IMG/VR virus record: IMGVR_UViG_3300021962_000129
Coordinates: 1 to 56,495 of that record
Reading direction: 5' to 3' (one strand)
Length of the DNA: 56,495 bases
Source of the DNA: a virus
Lineage: Duplodnaviria > Caudoviricetes
The position numbers were made by a program, and so were the translations under genes. Positions 16,859-26,656 of the stretch are shown here, one piece after another; within the stretch, counting starts at the first letter, position 1; each line of letters starts with the position of its first letter. The notes under the pieces are model-generated. The model did no database searches. It worked only from the letters and a program-made list of their open reading frames with translations, and had not been told where the DNA came from.

Positions 16859-17494
16859 TCACTTTTGCATAAGTGCAATGGTCTCCTCATTTAAGAAAGG
16901 GTTGAGGACACCAGAACCCTTGCGTGAAGACTCAGTTAAAGTCTCTCTCTTTTTGAAATTTTCTTCAGAGACTACGACTGCGTCTCCACTGACTTGCATT
17001 TTAGCCTTCTCTTTTCCTTCTCTGATGCTAACTTGCAAATCAGAAACTCTTGATTCAAGAAGACCGATTTTGTCCTTTTGAATCTTGATAACGTTTTTAA
17101 ATTTGTTATTTTCAGTTAGAACATTTTGAAGTTCTTCTGTAATAACGTTTAGATTCTTTTCGAGGTTTGTTTGTTCTAAAGCCATCATGTTGACAGCATT
17201 CACCTCATCCTCTGGTCCAACTTCGATAGCCATTATGGCTTTTAAGTGCTCATACATGGCAGCGTTGCGAACGGTATCGTTCTCCATCTCTAATTCTTTT
17301 AGAGCGTGCTCTTTTAGTTTTTCTATTTGACCACGAATAAATGAAGTGGTTTTTAAAGTTAAATCGGCCTTAACCTTCTCAACCTCTTCGGTAATTTTCT
17401 CACTAACAAGATTAGCAATCTCGATAGCTACTGATTCATCCAGATTTTCTGGCAGTAACTTTGCTATCTCTTCCATTTTATTTGTTTTTGCCAT
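16859..17494 (-). CDS. Prohead core scaffold protein (T4 gp22-like)
   Basis: Glu-rich coiled-coil between protease and capsid genes; AAGGA supports start at 17494. Confidence 0.75.
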   Translation of the reverse strand: MAKTNKMEEIAKLLPENLDESVAIEIANLVSEKITEEVEKVKADLTLKTTSFIRGQIEKLKEHALKELEMENDTVRNAAMYEHLKAIMAIEVGPEDEVNAVNMMALEQTNLEKNLNVITEELQNVLTENNKFKNVIKIQKDKIGLLESRVSDLQVSIREGKEKAKMQVSGDAVVVSEENFKKRETLTESSRKGSGVLNPFLNEETIALMQK

Positions 17495-17504
17495 AACTAA
17501 TTCC

Positions 17505-18830
17505 TTATTTCTTTCCGCCTTTTTTCTTAGCGGCTTTTCCATAACCACAGGATTTCATCTCTTGGATAAATTTTCCTGCAAATTTTTCGTACATGTTGCT
17601 GGAGTTTTCAGGCTTAGGGGGCTTAGGAGGATTAGGACCAGTTTTAACTCCTCTTCTATTCCTATGTTGTAATAATCTAAGTCCAGCAACGTCACTATAT
17701 ATTCTAGCCCTTGTTATTGGATCTCCACCATCAAATTGCCCAGCAAGCCTATCCGTTCTTGCTACTGCTCTTGCGCCGGGTTTCCTTCCTTTTACACCAT
17801 AATTCTTTTGATCTTCAGCACTCCAAGGCTCCCCTTCAGGAAGTTCTTTGTCTGCCTTTGTTTCTGAAACAGGCTTAGGCTGCTTAACTCCTCTCCGACT
17901 CAGATGCCAATGCCGTCTCTGGCTGCGAACTAGGGGATCCAAGAACGCGGCTTCCGCTTGGGGATCCTTTGTCGGATCACTCAACTCCTTAACCTTCCTG
18001 TCAATTCTTGCTTCCCCTCTTTCGCCGGGCTTTCTTCTTGGATCATTAAGCAATGGTCCATCTTCAATATCTCCTTCAGGAAGTTCTTTATCTGCCTTTG
18101 TTTCTAAAACACTAGCTTCATCTTTTCTTTTTTTACGCTTAAGACGGCAGCTACCTTTTGCATAGGGCTCTACACCGGGAGTTGGCTCATAGCCCTGCCA
18201 GCAACGCTTCTCATCAACACGAAGCTCATCAAGTTTATTATCAATCTTAGCTTCTAATATTGATAAGAAAACGTTACGACCAACAACCTTCTTTATTGTA
18301 TTCTCTACAATTTTAGCTTGATGATTTTTGCTTTCAGCTAATGAAGGGAATGCGCCTCTGGTAGATGGGTCTGCGACAATATCGAATGTTAATAGTTTGA
18401 AATCTTCGTTAACAATCTTGTGCCCTTTACCCTCACTTAAAGTTCCCATACCACGGCTTGAAACTCCAATACGAATGCCATCTTTAATTAATGACTCAAC
18501 AACCTTTCCGGCTGGAGTTGAAAGAATTTCAGCTTCTCCATATACTTCATTGCCTTCAAACCATAATTTTGTTATGATATGAGAAGCATTGGATAACTTT
18601 ACCATGTCATAAGTAGGATGATCTAGTTCACCAACACAACGACGTTCTTGAACAGCTTCAATAAGATTATTGATTGCGTTTTCTAATACTTTTTTAGGAT
18701 ATATACGACCATTACTATTAGCTTCGTCGGCTCTTTGAAAAATGCCACGAACCTTCATGCATTTCCCAGAACCCGTATTCTCACTAATAACTTGTAATTT
18801 GTCTAATAATCTTACGTCTTGTAGTAGCAT
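17505..18830 (-). CDS. Prohead protease (T4 gp21-like) with long C-terminal extension
   Basis: GIFQRAD..NSNGRIYP, GELDHP, SH, GVSSRGMG, DIVADPS in the first ~165 aa; ~275 extra residues follow. Confidence 0.93.
   Translation of the reverse strand: MLLQDVRLLDKLQVISENTGSGKCMKVRGIFQRADEANSNGRIYPKKVLENAINNLIEAVQERRCVGELDHPTYDMVKLSNASHIITKLWFEGNEVYGEAEILSTPAGKVVESLIKDGIRIGVSSRGMGTLSEGKGHKIVNEDFKLLTFDIVADPSTRGAFPSLAESKNHQAKIVENTIKKVVGRNVFLSILEAKIDNKLDELRVDEKRCWQGYEPTPGVEPYAKGSCRLKRKKRKDEASVLETKADKELPEGDIEDGPLLNDPRRKPGERGEARIDRKVKELSDPTKDPQAEAAFLDPLVRSQRRHWHLSRRGVKQPKPVSETKADKELPEGEPWSAEDQKNYGVKGRKPGARAVARTDRLAGQFDGGDPITRARIYSDVAGLRLLQHRNRRGVKTGPNPPKPPKPENSSNMYEKFAGKFIQEMKSCGYGKAAKKKGGKK
17833..18111. 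repeat. Direct repeat of ~39 nt with exact 240-nt spacing (encodes ETKADKELPEG)
   Basis: 17833-17871 and 18073-18111 differ at two positions. Confidence 0.9.
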
Positions 18831-18832
18831 AA

Positions 18833-19252
18833 TTAATCTCCACCTTTATCTTTAGGTTTTGAGTACTTTTTATAGTACTTCTTTAAATTAGCAGACGTAG
18901 ATTTACCGTGACGAACCATGGTTCTTGCGGCATATTTTTTTACGTCTCTAAATGAGGAAGGGATTGATCCGGGAGTAAAACCTTTGGCTACTCTACCACC
19001 ACACTCTTGCTCATCATCCTTGCCCCATTTTCTTTTGGTAATTACATAAAGTCTATCTGCCCCTTTTGTGGAAAAGATTTGACCTACATAACCAGTGCAT
19101 AGAGCATCTTTAATACTGTTGTATATTTTAATTTTAGACTTGGTAGCTGTGGTATGAGGTTTTCCTTTTGAGGATAACATCTTTCCTCTACCAGAAGATG
19201 AACCCTTACCTTTTTCTGTTTTTGATTCTAAAATTAGGTTTAGAAGATCCAT
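18833..19252 (-). CDS. Basic hypothetical protein in the head operon
   Basis: Lys-rich; LILE|S near the N-terminus; start 19252 after AGGA (alternative 19279). Confidence 0.65.
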   Translation of the reverse strand: MDLLNLILESKTEKGKGSSSGRGKMLSSKGKPHTTATKSKIKIYNSIKDALCTGYVGQIFSTKGADRLYVITKRKWGKDDEQECGGRVAKGFTPGSIPSSFRDVKKYAARTMVRHGKSTSANLKKYYKKYSKPKDKGGD

Positions 19253-19652
19253 TTGTTTTTCCTGATAGGTTTGTTCCATTCATTCCAGTAGTATTCATTT
19301 CACTAAGAACTTGTTTAGCTTCAGATAATAATGAAGATAATCTATTAATAAGATCACTTATTTTTTCTTCAGCAACAGGTTGTTTTTTAGTTTCTTTAAC
19401 TGGTTGCGGTTTCTGCTTTTTTGGGATAGCAGGAACTCCCATTGATCCCTCAAGTATGTGTTGGATGTAATCATCGGTTACATCTGTATCTGATACGTCA
19501 GGGACAAAGTCGGAAACCATGGGATCTTTTTTAGATTCTCTAATTGGTGCTCCACCATCAACTGAAGGTGGTACAGAATCTTTTTTAGGGTCCATGTTAG
19601 ACAGGACACCCATGGCGATATCTATAACTGAAATACTAGGGTATTTGGACAT
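19206..19652 (-). CDS. Hypothetical head-core protein
   Basis: 148 aa, GAGG RBS, several I/L-x-E motifs, located in the head operon. Confidence 0.6.
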   Translation of the reverse strand: MSKYPSISVIDIAMGVLSNMDPKKDSVPPSVDGGAPIRESKKDPMVSDFVPDVSDTDVTDDYIQHILEGSMGVPAIPKKQKPQPVKETKKQPVAEEKISDLINRLSSLLSEAKQVLSEMNTTGMNGTNLSGKTNGSSKPNFRIKNRKR

Positions 19653-19665
19653 AGTTACCCTATCC

Positions 19666-20256
19666 TCACTTCTTCTTGTTTTTCTTGACGATCATTGGTT
19701 TCTTTGAAGCCTCTTGAACTTGCTCCATCTCATCGAGCATTTCTAAGAGAACATCAAAGTGTTCATTCATGTTTTGCATGACTATTGAGTCATCTTCAAC
19801 AACTGACTCACAGAGGGGGCAGTTATGAGTATCGTTAGATTCGATTACTATCTCATTGCCGTCAAAATCATCGCTTTCGCTAATGGCTTGAACTTGGTGG
19901 AGAAGATTTACAAGTGAGTTGAAGTGAGTATCAATGTTCTCAAATATAACATCATCATTCTCTAACTCAGACTCGCAAAGGGGGCAAGCATCATAACCAT
20001 ACTCTACTCCCTCTTCTTTCTTCTCATCGTCCTCATCATCTTGCATTTCATCATCATCAACCTCGCTTGCGTTTATAGCTTTTCCACTTTTGGTTGTTAC
20101 TATTCCGGGACCCCTTCCAGCATTTCTAGAGTCTTCATCTTCCTGTTGGGCTTCTGATTCTTCAGTAAGCTTAACTTTAATGTTAGCTTGAGTCCAATTA
20201 GCCTCAGTAAGAACAGTATTGATAAAATTATCTGTCTCGTCAAATCTTTTTGCCAT
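19666..20256 (-). CDS. Acidic prohead-core-like protein with two CPLCES repeats
   Basis: First gene after TATAAATA; two C-x2-C...H repeats; Asp/Glu-rich. Confidence 0.7.
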   Translation of the reverse strand: MAKRFDETDNFINTVLTEANWTQANIKVKLTEESEAQQEDEDSRNAGRGPGIVTTKSGKAINASEVDDDEMQDDEDDEKKEEGVEYGYDACPLCESELENDDVIFENIDTHFNSLVNLLHQVQAISESDDFDGNEIVIESNDTHNCPLCESVVEDDSIVMQNMNEHFDVLLEMLDEMEQVQEASKKPMIVKKNKKK

Positions 20257-20290
20257 ATGTCACCAATTAATTAAACTATGTCCTATAAAC

Positions 20291-20298
20291 TATTTATA
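20291..20298 (-). promoter_or_regulatory. T4-type late promoter TATAAATA
   Basis: Exact T4 late consensus in the intergenic gap upstream of the head operon. Confidence 0.75.
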
Positions 20299-20349
20299 AC
20301 TGAATCGAAAAAATATTAATAAAATTCCAGTAAATATTTAAATTATTTA

Positions 20350-20697
20350 TTAAGGTATCGGAGGTCCTACAAACACAAAAGGTGGTATAAGAGATGTAGG
20401 TGTTATGGGTTTTAATATTAATTTAGGGTTGCAGCTAGAAATATCAGCACTTGTTGCTATAGGTTTACCATTAACAAACACTCTTGTAGGTCTTGCAAAG
20501 ACAGATTGAGTAATAATAGGAGCCGGGTGTACAAGATCTGGGGGAGCAACGTGCCCAGTGAGTATATTACCTTGATGAAAAGCTAATTTAAAGTTAATAA
20601 ATAATTTTGTGTTTGTATTACTTATAGGTAATACTGTCATTTGCGGTGGAACTCCGTCAGTTAAAAAGAAGTCTCCTGTTTTAAGTGCTATACCCAT
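20350..20697 (-). CDS. PAAR-like spike tip protein (T4 gp5.4-like)
   Basis: GH...HP, RVFVNGKPIA..AD.SSC and terminal VFVG. Confidence 0.7.
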   Translation of the reverse strand: MGIALKTGDFFLTDGVPPQMTVLPISNTNTKLFINFKLAFHQGNILTGHVAPPDLVHPAPIITQSVFARPTRVFVNGKPIATSADISSCNPKLILKPITPTSLIPPFVFVGPPIP

Positions 20698-23600
20698 TAT
20701 ATTCTATCCTCTGGTAATACTACTTGTGCTCTTACTGTAACCCCTAGATCATTAGCGTCCTCCACAGGATCGCCCAAACCAGTTACAATACCTTTATCTT
20801 TTATTACATCTTTAACATTAATATTGTACTTTTGTTTTATTATATCAGATAATAAATCTAAATTTCCATTATTAAAATAATCTCCAACTTCGTTGTAGTT
20901 TAAACGTGAGAATACATCAAACCATTTTAATTCATCTGGTTGATATACCTGAACGACCGGGTCTAAAACTTCTCTAACAATTTTAGACATTATGGATCTT
21001 CTACCACTTATCTCGCTTGGTGCAGATTCTAAGTACTCATTTTTATAGTAATAAGTTCTACCATAAGATGTTGGATTGTATTGATAAAACAACTTATCTG
21101 TATACCCATAGAAGTCTTCATTAGGGTTTGAAGTTTGAGATAGAGCTACTTCATCGACAGCGGTATCTAATTTCTTAACATCATTTATCTTTATTGTTTG
21201 TGTGCAATAGATGGATCTTTCAACTATTTCATCTTTGTAATTATTTATGTCTGACATAATATCAAATGGATTATGCCTAGAACCACAACCGGGAACTAGA
21301 ATTATTGCAAATGGTAAATTTCTAGTTAAGATGAAATCATTTATATGATTACCTTCTAAGTAAAAATCAAAGTTTCTAAATGTTATATCGTTTTGATTTA
21401 ATGTAAATGAGCTAGTATCATATGCATAACTTACAAATGGATCTCTAAAATCTAAATTTAATTTAGTTACATTAAATCCGTAATTAATTAAATGATTATT
21501 TATTTTTTCTTCGTTAGTTAATCTTCTGTAAGTGGCTCGTAAGTTGTTTACTAAAGACTCATCTTCATTTAAAATTTTAATAGAAGATAAATCTAAATAA
21601 AAGTACATTGGTTCTGTTTCTCTCATTGTGTATGAGGTTAAGAACTCATTGTTTGAACTTGTCGAAGATACAACTAATAATGAATAGGGATCTTGATTAA
21701 GAGTCTTTAATGCTGCGACTCTAACACTGTCTGGAGTAAAGGTAGCTACACTGTTCTTAGAATCTAAAGGTACATCTAATTCATTTCCTAGAATGTCTGC
21801 TACTTCAATAAAATAATTATCTCCGACACCTATGTCTGCATAGGTGTCAGTAGCGTCGATGGTTGTTATACTAATCCCAGCATCCTCTAAAGGTATTGAT
21901 ATTGTCGATGCATCAATTGTGGTTGCTGCTACATTAACGCCAATATCTGTATTTAATCTTTTTTGTCTTATTATTTTAAGCTTATCGATCTCTTGATAAT
22001 AACCTTCATCGGTTGGAGCGGCACCATTTATAACTAATGTAAGTGCCGCTCTTTCTGAAATTGTAGAATCATTTGGTGCAATTATTTCTAATAATTCATC
22101 AGAGTTTTGAAAAGATGCAATTTCACTATAGAATCCGGGATCAAACTCATCTAGTCTTCCAGACCTTAGCATCTGTAAAAGAGCGGTTAAAAATAAATCA
22201 GGTTGTATTAAGTTATTGTCAACTCCATGAATTGATTGTATGGAATTTAAAAATTCTTTATTTAAACTTATAGCTAATTTATCTAAAGTTAAATCAAAAT
22301 AATAAGACTCCTTCCAGTTTACAGAGTACCCAGTCTCATTTTTCAAAAGAAAGTACCTAACTTCTTCTGCTACTGTTTTATTAAATATGTCTAATCTAAG
22401 ATCATTTTCTACTAACTTTGTTTTTGGGTTTGGAGTCTTTTGAAAGAAATTATAAACATTATCATAAACTTGTTTGTAGTTTATATTAACTTTGCTTTGA
22501 TCTCTGTCATCAACATAAAGAATATTTTTAGAGTTATTAAAGTCTATAGTTTTAACAAATCTTGTTTTACCACCAATAACTTTAACATCGTTCCACCTAG
22601 GGTTAGTTCCTAATTCTGGACTAGGTGCATCCCTAAAAGCTACCGTCCCTTGTGGAGATTGAGAATACTCTTCATAATTTGCTTGAGTAATATAAGTAGG
22701 CTTTTGATTGAATATGGTTGATCTAGGAGGGATTTCTACGGGGTTTGTTGAATTAGACCTAACTGACTGTAGACATGTTTCTAGAGTCCTGAATTGGCAC
22801 GGAGACGGGTTTAAACACTCCACGCAGGAATCTCCGTCTCTATTGTAACCATACCTAGCCTCAGTAATTTTTCTAGGTATCGTTCTTACTCTAACATCTA
22901 TTGGTTGAGTGCCTGCGCTATTAACTGTAATTACTCCGGGGATAGTCGTGGATATGCCCGTAGGTATGCCAGTAGAACCTACTCCCCCACCTTCATTGGT
23001 TCTTGGGTTCTCAGTCACCACAGCTAAAGGTTCAGTTATAATTACAGATGGAGTAATTGGAGGACAAGTTATATCTGTACAAGTTTGCCTACATAGCTGC
23101 CCGGTCAATCCCGGTGTGCAATTAGGATCTTCAGTTGTACACTTAGTGCAGTAACCAGTTCTTCTTTGATTTACTTGATCTGGGCACCTCTCAAAATCAA
23201 AAGTGCATTTATATCCACAAGAAATTTGATTACACTCTCCGTCACAATTAGCCGTTAAATATCTACAAGCGTTCGGGTTAGTTGCAATTTCTTGTTGCGT
23301 GCAAGGGACACAACGTTTTTGCATGTAAGTTAGTGGAAACTCTTCACCCGGCTCTATTGGACAAGTTTGTGGAAATGTTTCACATTTCCATCTAAAAACA
23401 GGATCAGGTATTGTAGGATCTTTTCTTAAAAGACAGTCTGTAGATACACATCTAGGAGCACATTGAGCAAAACTTTTGTATGTTCCTGCTGGCCTATTAA
23501 TTTGAGGAGCTTGTTCAATACAGGATCTTATGGTTTTTGTTTCTGTTAATAAAACAAATCCCGACGCTCTAGATGGTTCTTCGCATTGTTCTATTGTTTC

Positions 23601-23975
23601 TACACACCTTATAACTGATAGCCAACATGGATACCTATCAAAAGCATTTGTTCTACATTCCTCTTCTGTAGCATAAGTTTCAACAGACCTAGGTAACGTA
23701 CCAACCTGAGATAATCGAATACAAAATCTAGTAGATTCTTCCTCACACCCCTGTCTACCGGGAGATAGTGCTCCAGCGCAGACACAGACAAATGGATCAT
23801 CTTGTGGCCTGAAGGGCCTAGGATTACCACAATTTCCGTTAGGGCAATAAGGTATTAGAGGTAAACTAGGATCAGGTATGTTAGTGCCACCATACTGATA
23901 TGACGTTGGAAATAACCCACCGCAATTTGAAAAGACTCTTGGCCTTGGTAAATTTGGTGGATCTGGATCAGGCAT
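20697..23975 (-). CDS. Large virion protein with Cys-rich repeat N-terminus
   Basis: About 35 Cys in the first ~405 aa, a Pro/Thr/Gly linker and a ~680-aa Cys-poor C-terminal part. Confidence 0.7.
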   Translation of the reverse strand: MPDPDPPNLPRPRVFSNCGGLFPTSYQYGGTNIPDPSLPLIPYCPNGNCGNPRPFRPQDDPFVCVCAGALSPGRQGCEEESTRFCIRLSQVGTLPRSVETYATEEECRTNAFDRYPCWLSVIRCVETIEQCEEPSRASGFVLLTETKTIRSCIEQAPQINRPAGTYKSFAQCAPRCVSTDCLLRKDPTIPDPVFRWKCETFPQTCPIEPGEEFPLTYMQKRCVPCTQQEIATNPNACRYLTANCDGECNQISCGYKCTFDFERCPDQVNQRRTGYCTKCTTEDPNCTPGLTGQLCRQTCTDITCPPITPSVIITEPLAVVTENPRTNEGGGVGSTGIPTGISTTIPGVITVNSAGTQPIDVRVRTIPRKITEARYGYNRDGDSCVECLNPSPCQFRTLETCLQSVRSNSTNPVEIPPRSTIFNQKPTYITQANYEEYSQSPQGTVAFRDAPSPELGTNPRWNDVKVIGGKTRFVKTIDFNNSKNILYVDDRDQSKVNINYKQVYDNVYNFFQKTPNPKTKLVENDLRLDIFNKTVAEEVRYFLLKNETGYSVNWKESYYFDLTLDKLAISLNKEFLNSIQSIHGVDNNLIQPDLFLTALLQMLRSGRLDEFDPGFYSEIASFQNSDELLEIIAPNDSTISERAALTLVINGAAPTDEGYYQEIDKLKIIRQKRLNTDIGVNVAATTIDASTISIPLEDAGISITTIDATDTYADIGVGDNYFIEVADILGNELDVPLDSKNSVATFTPDSVRVAALKTLNQDPYSLLVVSSTSSNNEFLTSYTMRETEPMYFYLDLSSIKILNEDESLVNNLRATYRRLTNEEKINNHLINYGFNVTKLNLDFRDPFVSYAYDTSSFTLNQNDITFRNFDFYLEGNHINDFILTRNLPFAIILVPGCGSRHNPFDIMSDINNYKDEIVERSIYCTQTIKINDVKKLDTAVDEVALSQTSNPNEDFYGYTDKLFYQYNPTSYGRTYYYKNEYLESAPSEISGRRSIMSKIVREVLDPVVQVYQPDELKWFDVFSRLNYNEVGDYFNNGNLDLLSDIIKQKYNINVKDVIKDKGIVTGLGDPVEDANDLGVTVRAQVVLPEDRI

Positions 23976-23988
23976 ACTTGGTTACCTG

Positions 23989-26655
23989 TTATTCTTCAGG
24001 AGGTCTATTTCTAGTTACAATTCTAGGTCTATCGGTTCTTCCTGTTGATGGATAATTTTCATGATCTAACATACCGGGAACTTTATGAATTCCATTGAAG
24101 AATTGAGAAGAACCATTACCGTAATTATATGGATGTCCGATAACTGTATATTCTATTGATGGATATATTACAGGTATAGGTCCTCCACCTATAGGAAAAA
24201 TTGGAGATCCACTTGGAGTCCACTGTAATGCATGACTAAATGCCGCAAAATTTAACATGGAGATGGGCATTTCTGCTCTTGGGTTTTGATAAATTCCACC
24301 ACCCCCCGTATTAAAGGCAACGTCACCATAAGGTATTGCTGAACCTGAAACAGGGGGAATAGGTAATGGTTGCGATAAAACTACTATTATCGTAAAATCT
24401 ATAAAATATTTTGTTGTTTGAGTTGAACCTTCAGTAAAAATAATTGGCCCTCGTTTTGGTCCTTTTGAAACAAATATTGAAGACTCAGGTTGAGATTCTA
24501 CATTTTTAAAACTAAAACAATTCCAAAATTTTGGAATTACTGTTATGTCTTCGACCCAAGGGGTATCTGTAATATCTAAAGTTATTGTTTTTGTTAACCA
24601 ATTTAAATTAACACCAAAATGATTTATTGATCTTTTTGAAGTATTTATAGGTGCTGATATAAATCTACCAAAAGTATCATTATTTGTAAGAAAACGATTA
24701 GCATTATAAACACTATTGGGAATTTGACTTTGAGTAAATTGATATGTGATACCAGCTCTCTCATTACCCAAAGCATATCTACTATTTAGAGCAACATTTA
24801 TTCTATCCATAACACCATATCCAATAGATGGATAGCTATTGCCAGTTCCAGTGACCGCTGCGAATACCCAATTAGCTAAATCCCAATCAGGTAGATTAAC
24901 GAATTCGTAAGAAGGTGGAAGATTGTGAAGCTCTTTAAATTTTGCTATAACTTCTTCTTTGTTAGATGGAGCTATAGGGTTATCATATTTTTCTTTTATT
25001 GCTGCACATAAAGCACCTTCAGGTCCATAATAATTACCACCTCTAACTATTCCGCGAGTAAGAATCCTACCCATACCGGAATCAATTGTCGAATTGGCAG
25101 CGTTTAATTGATTTATCCTTGCATCTAATTCACTAGCTTTTGAATTTATAAGATTATAAGCTCTGTTTGATTCATATTTAACATAACCTTCTGTTGCAAC
25201 AGGATTAGCTAATGATATATTTGGTAACGCAGCAGCTATACCCGCACGCTCTCCGTAAGTAAGTTCTGTTGTTCTAAAGAATGGTCTAATATCAATTATG
25301 TCTTCAGATTCAATTATTTGATTTAGGTTTTCGTTTAATTTATTATTTTTTACTACAATATAAGCGATTGGGAGAATTGATTGTCCAACTAAAGCGTAAT
25401 GATTATTAGGTAACCATTCTGCTAAAAGTGGAGAGATATTCATTAGATCATCTGGAGAAGGAAAAGATCCTCTTACATCAATCGAATCAAATCCTAAATC
25501 AGTATTGTTTTGATCTGCAACATTAGCTAGAATACTATCTTGATAGGTTGGATAAAAGAATTTACTATTTGCAGTTCTTCCAGTTTGATAATTCAAAACT
25601 AATCCTGCGCCTTTTACTATTCCTAGTTCTGCTTTATAAATTTTTCTAGGAGTAAATGAATTCCAACTTGTAGTTAAATGAGCAGCAGAAGTATCTATGG
25701 GCTTTGAATAGATAAACAACAAATCTAGTCTGTGAGTCGCAGATGCTGCAGGGCTTCCAAAGTCTGATGAGTCAACAACTAAACCATCTTCATCTATATA
25801 AGAAAAATCATCTGAATTAAATGGCTCAATGTTTATTGAAAGATTTTCTGGTACATCTACCACAGCAGTCCTAGCTACGCCTCTCCATTTTTTAATAAAC
25901 TGAGTATCTAGCTCATAAAGAGAAGCAAATCCTTTTCCGGTACTTCCATCAGGAGTCGTAGAGTTAAATTGATTTATTCTTAAATAAGGGCCACTTACGC
26001 CTTCACTACCTTGTTGAGCGTTTCTTGGAGACCCTGTCCATAAAAATGTAGGATATGTAAAATCTGGATTAATACCAGCGATGTTAAAAAATGATAAATT
26101 TGGATTTATTGATCCGCTAGTAGCTACTCCAATTGAATTTAAATTGAATAAAGCAAAAGATCCAAAACTTCTTTCTGCTAAACCGTTTAATCCTAATGCT
26201 TCAGAATTAATATAGGATTTAAATCTATTTAATGTGGGCAGCATCAAAGCATTATCAATTGTTCCTACATCCCATTCGTTAAATTCACCAAAAGATAATC
26301 CTGCTGATCTACCAATAACTTGTAAAGGTGTTAGATTATAAGCATCATTAATTCTAGCTATAAAGTTTCCGGGTTTTACAGAGACTATATTAGAATTAAC
26401 TCCTGATACAAACGGTTGAAGTTCTGTAAAAGTACTTCTAGATCCCCCTTGAACTTGTTGTTGAGGTTGCTCTAATTCTACATCAACTGTGGTATTTTCA
26501 AATGCCTCTTTTAACCATAAAATATTTTCTTCTAATTGTTTTATAGGAATATTATCGACCTCATAGTAATAAGGATCGTTTGCTTTATACTTACGAACAG
26601 GATCCGTAAACTTATAAAAGTTAGAAGAACTTAAATTTAAATTAATAGTAACCAT
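23989..26655 (-). CDS. Putative tail fibre / baseplate-attached protein
   Basis: N-terminal DNIPIKQLEENILWLKE anchor-like motif, IIDIRPF motif and a short coiled coil. Confidence 0.6.
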   Translation of the reverse strand: MVTINLNLSSSNFYKFTDPVRKYKANDPYYYEVDNIPIKQLEENILWLKEAFENTTVDVELEQPQQQVQGGSRSTFTELQPFVSGVNSNIVSVKPGNFIARINDAYNLTPLQVIGRSAGLSFGEFNEWDVGTIDNALMLPTLNRFKSYINSEALGLNGLAERSFGSFALFNLNSIGVATSGSINPNLSFFNIAGINPDFTYPTFLWTGSPRNAQQGSEGVSGPYLRINQFNSTTPDGSTGKGFASLYELDTQFIKKWRGVARTAVVDVPENLSINIEPFNSDDFSYIDEDGLVVDSSDFGSPAASATHRLDLLFIYSKPIDTSAAHLTTSWNSFTPRKIYKAELGIVKGAGLVLNYQTGRTANSKFFYPTYQDSILANVADQNNTDLGFDSIDVRGSFPSPDDLMNISPLLAEWLPNNHYALVGQSILPIAYIVVKNNKLNENLNQIIESEDIIDIRPFFRTTELTYGERAGIAAALPNISLANPVATEGYVKYESNRAYNLINSKASELDARINQLNAANSTIDSGMGRILTRGIVRGGNYYGPEGALCAAIKEKYDNPIAPSNKEEVIAKFKELHNLPPSYEFVNLPDWDLANWVFAAVTGTGNSYPSIGYGVMDRINVALNSRYALGNERAGITYQFTQSQIPNSVYNANRFLTNNDTFGRFISAPINTSKRSINHFGVNLNWLTKTITLDITDTPWVEDITVIPKFWNCFSFKNVESQPESSIFVSKGPKRGPIIFTEGSTQTTKYFIDFTIIVVLSQPLPIPPVSGSAIPYGDVAFNTGGGGIYQNPRAEMPISMLNFAAFSHALQWTPSGSPIFPIGGGPIPVIYPSIEYTVIGHPYNYGNGSSQFFNGIHKVPGMLDHENYPSTGRTDRPRIVTRNRPPEE

Positions 26656-26656
26656 C

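Noticed and set aside
16840-16890. Extended N-termini in the ORF track for capsid (16890), scaffold (17548), sigma (5047), primase (51236) and gp26-like (54209)
   Set aside because: Each overlaps a neighbouring gene; downstream ATGs fit RBS or promoter positions and family N-termini better.
17833-18111. Repeat as a DGR template/variable pair or attachment site
   Set aside because: Both copies are short, in frame within one gene, and no reverse transcriptase or integrase is visible.
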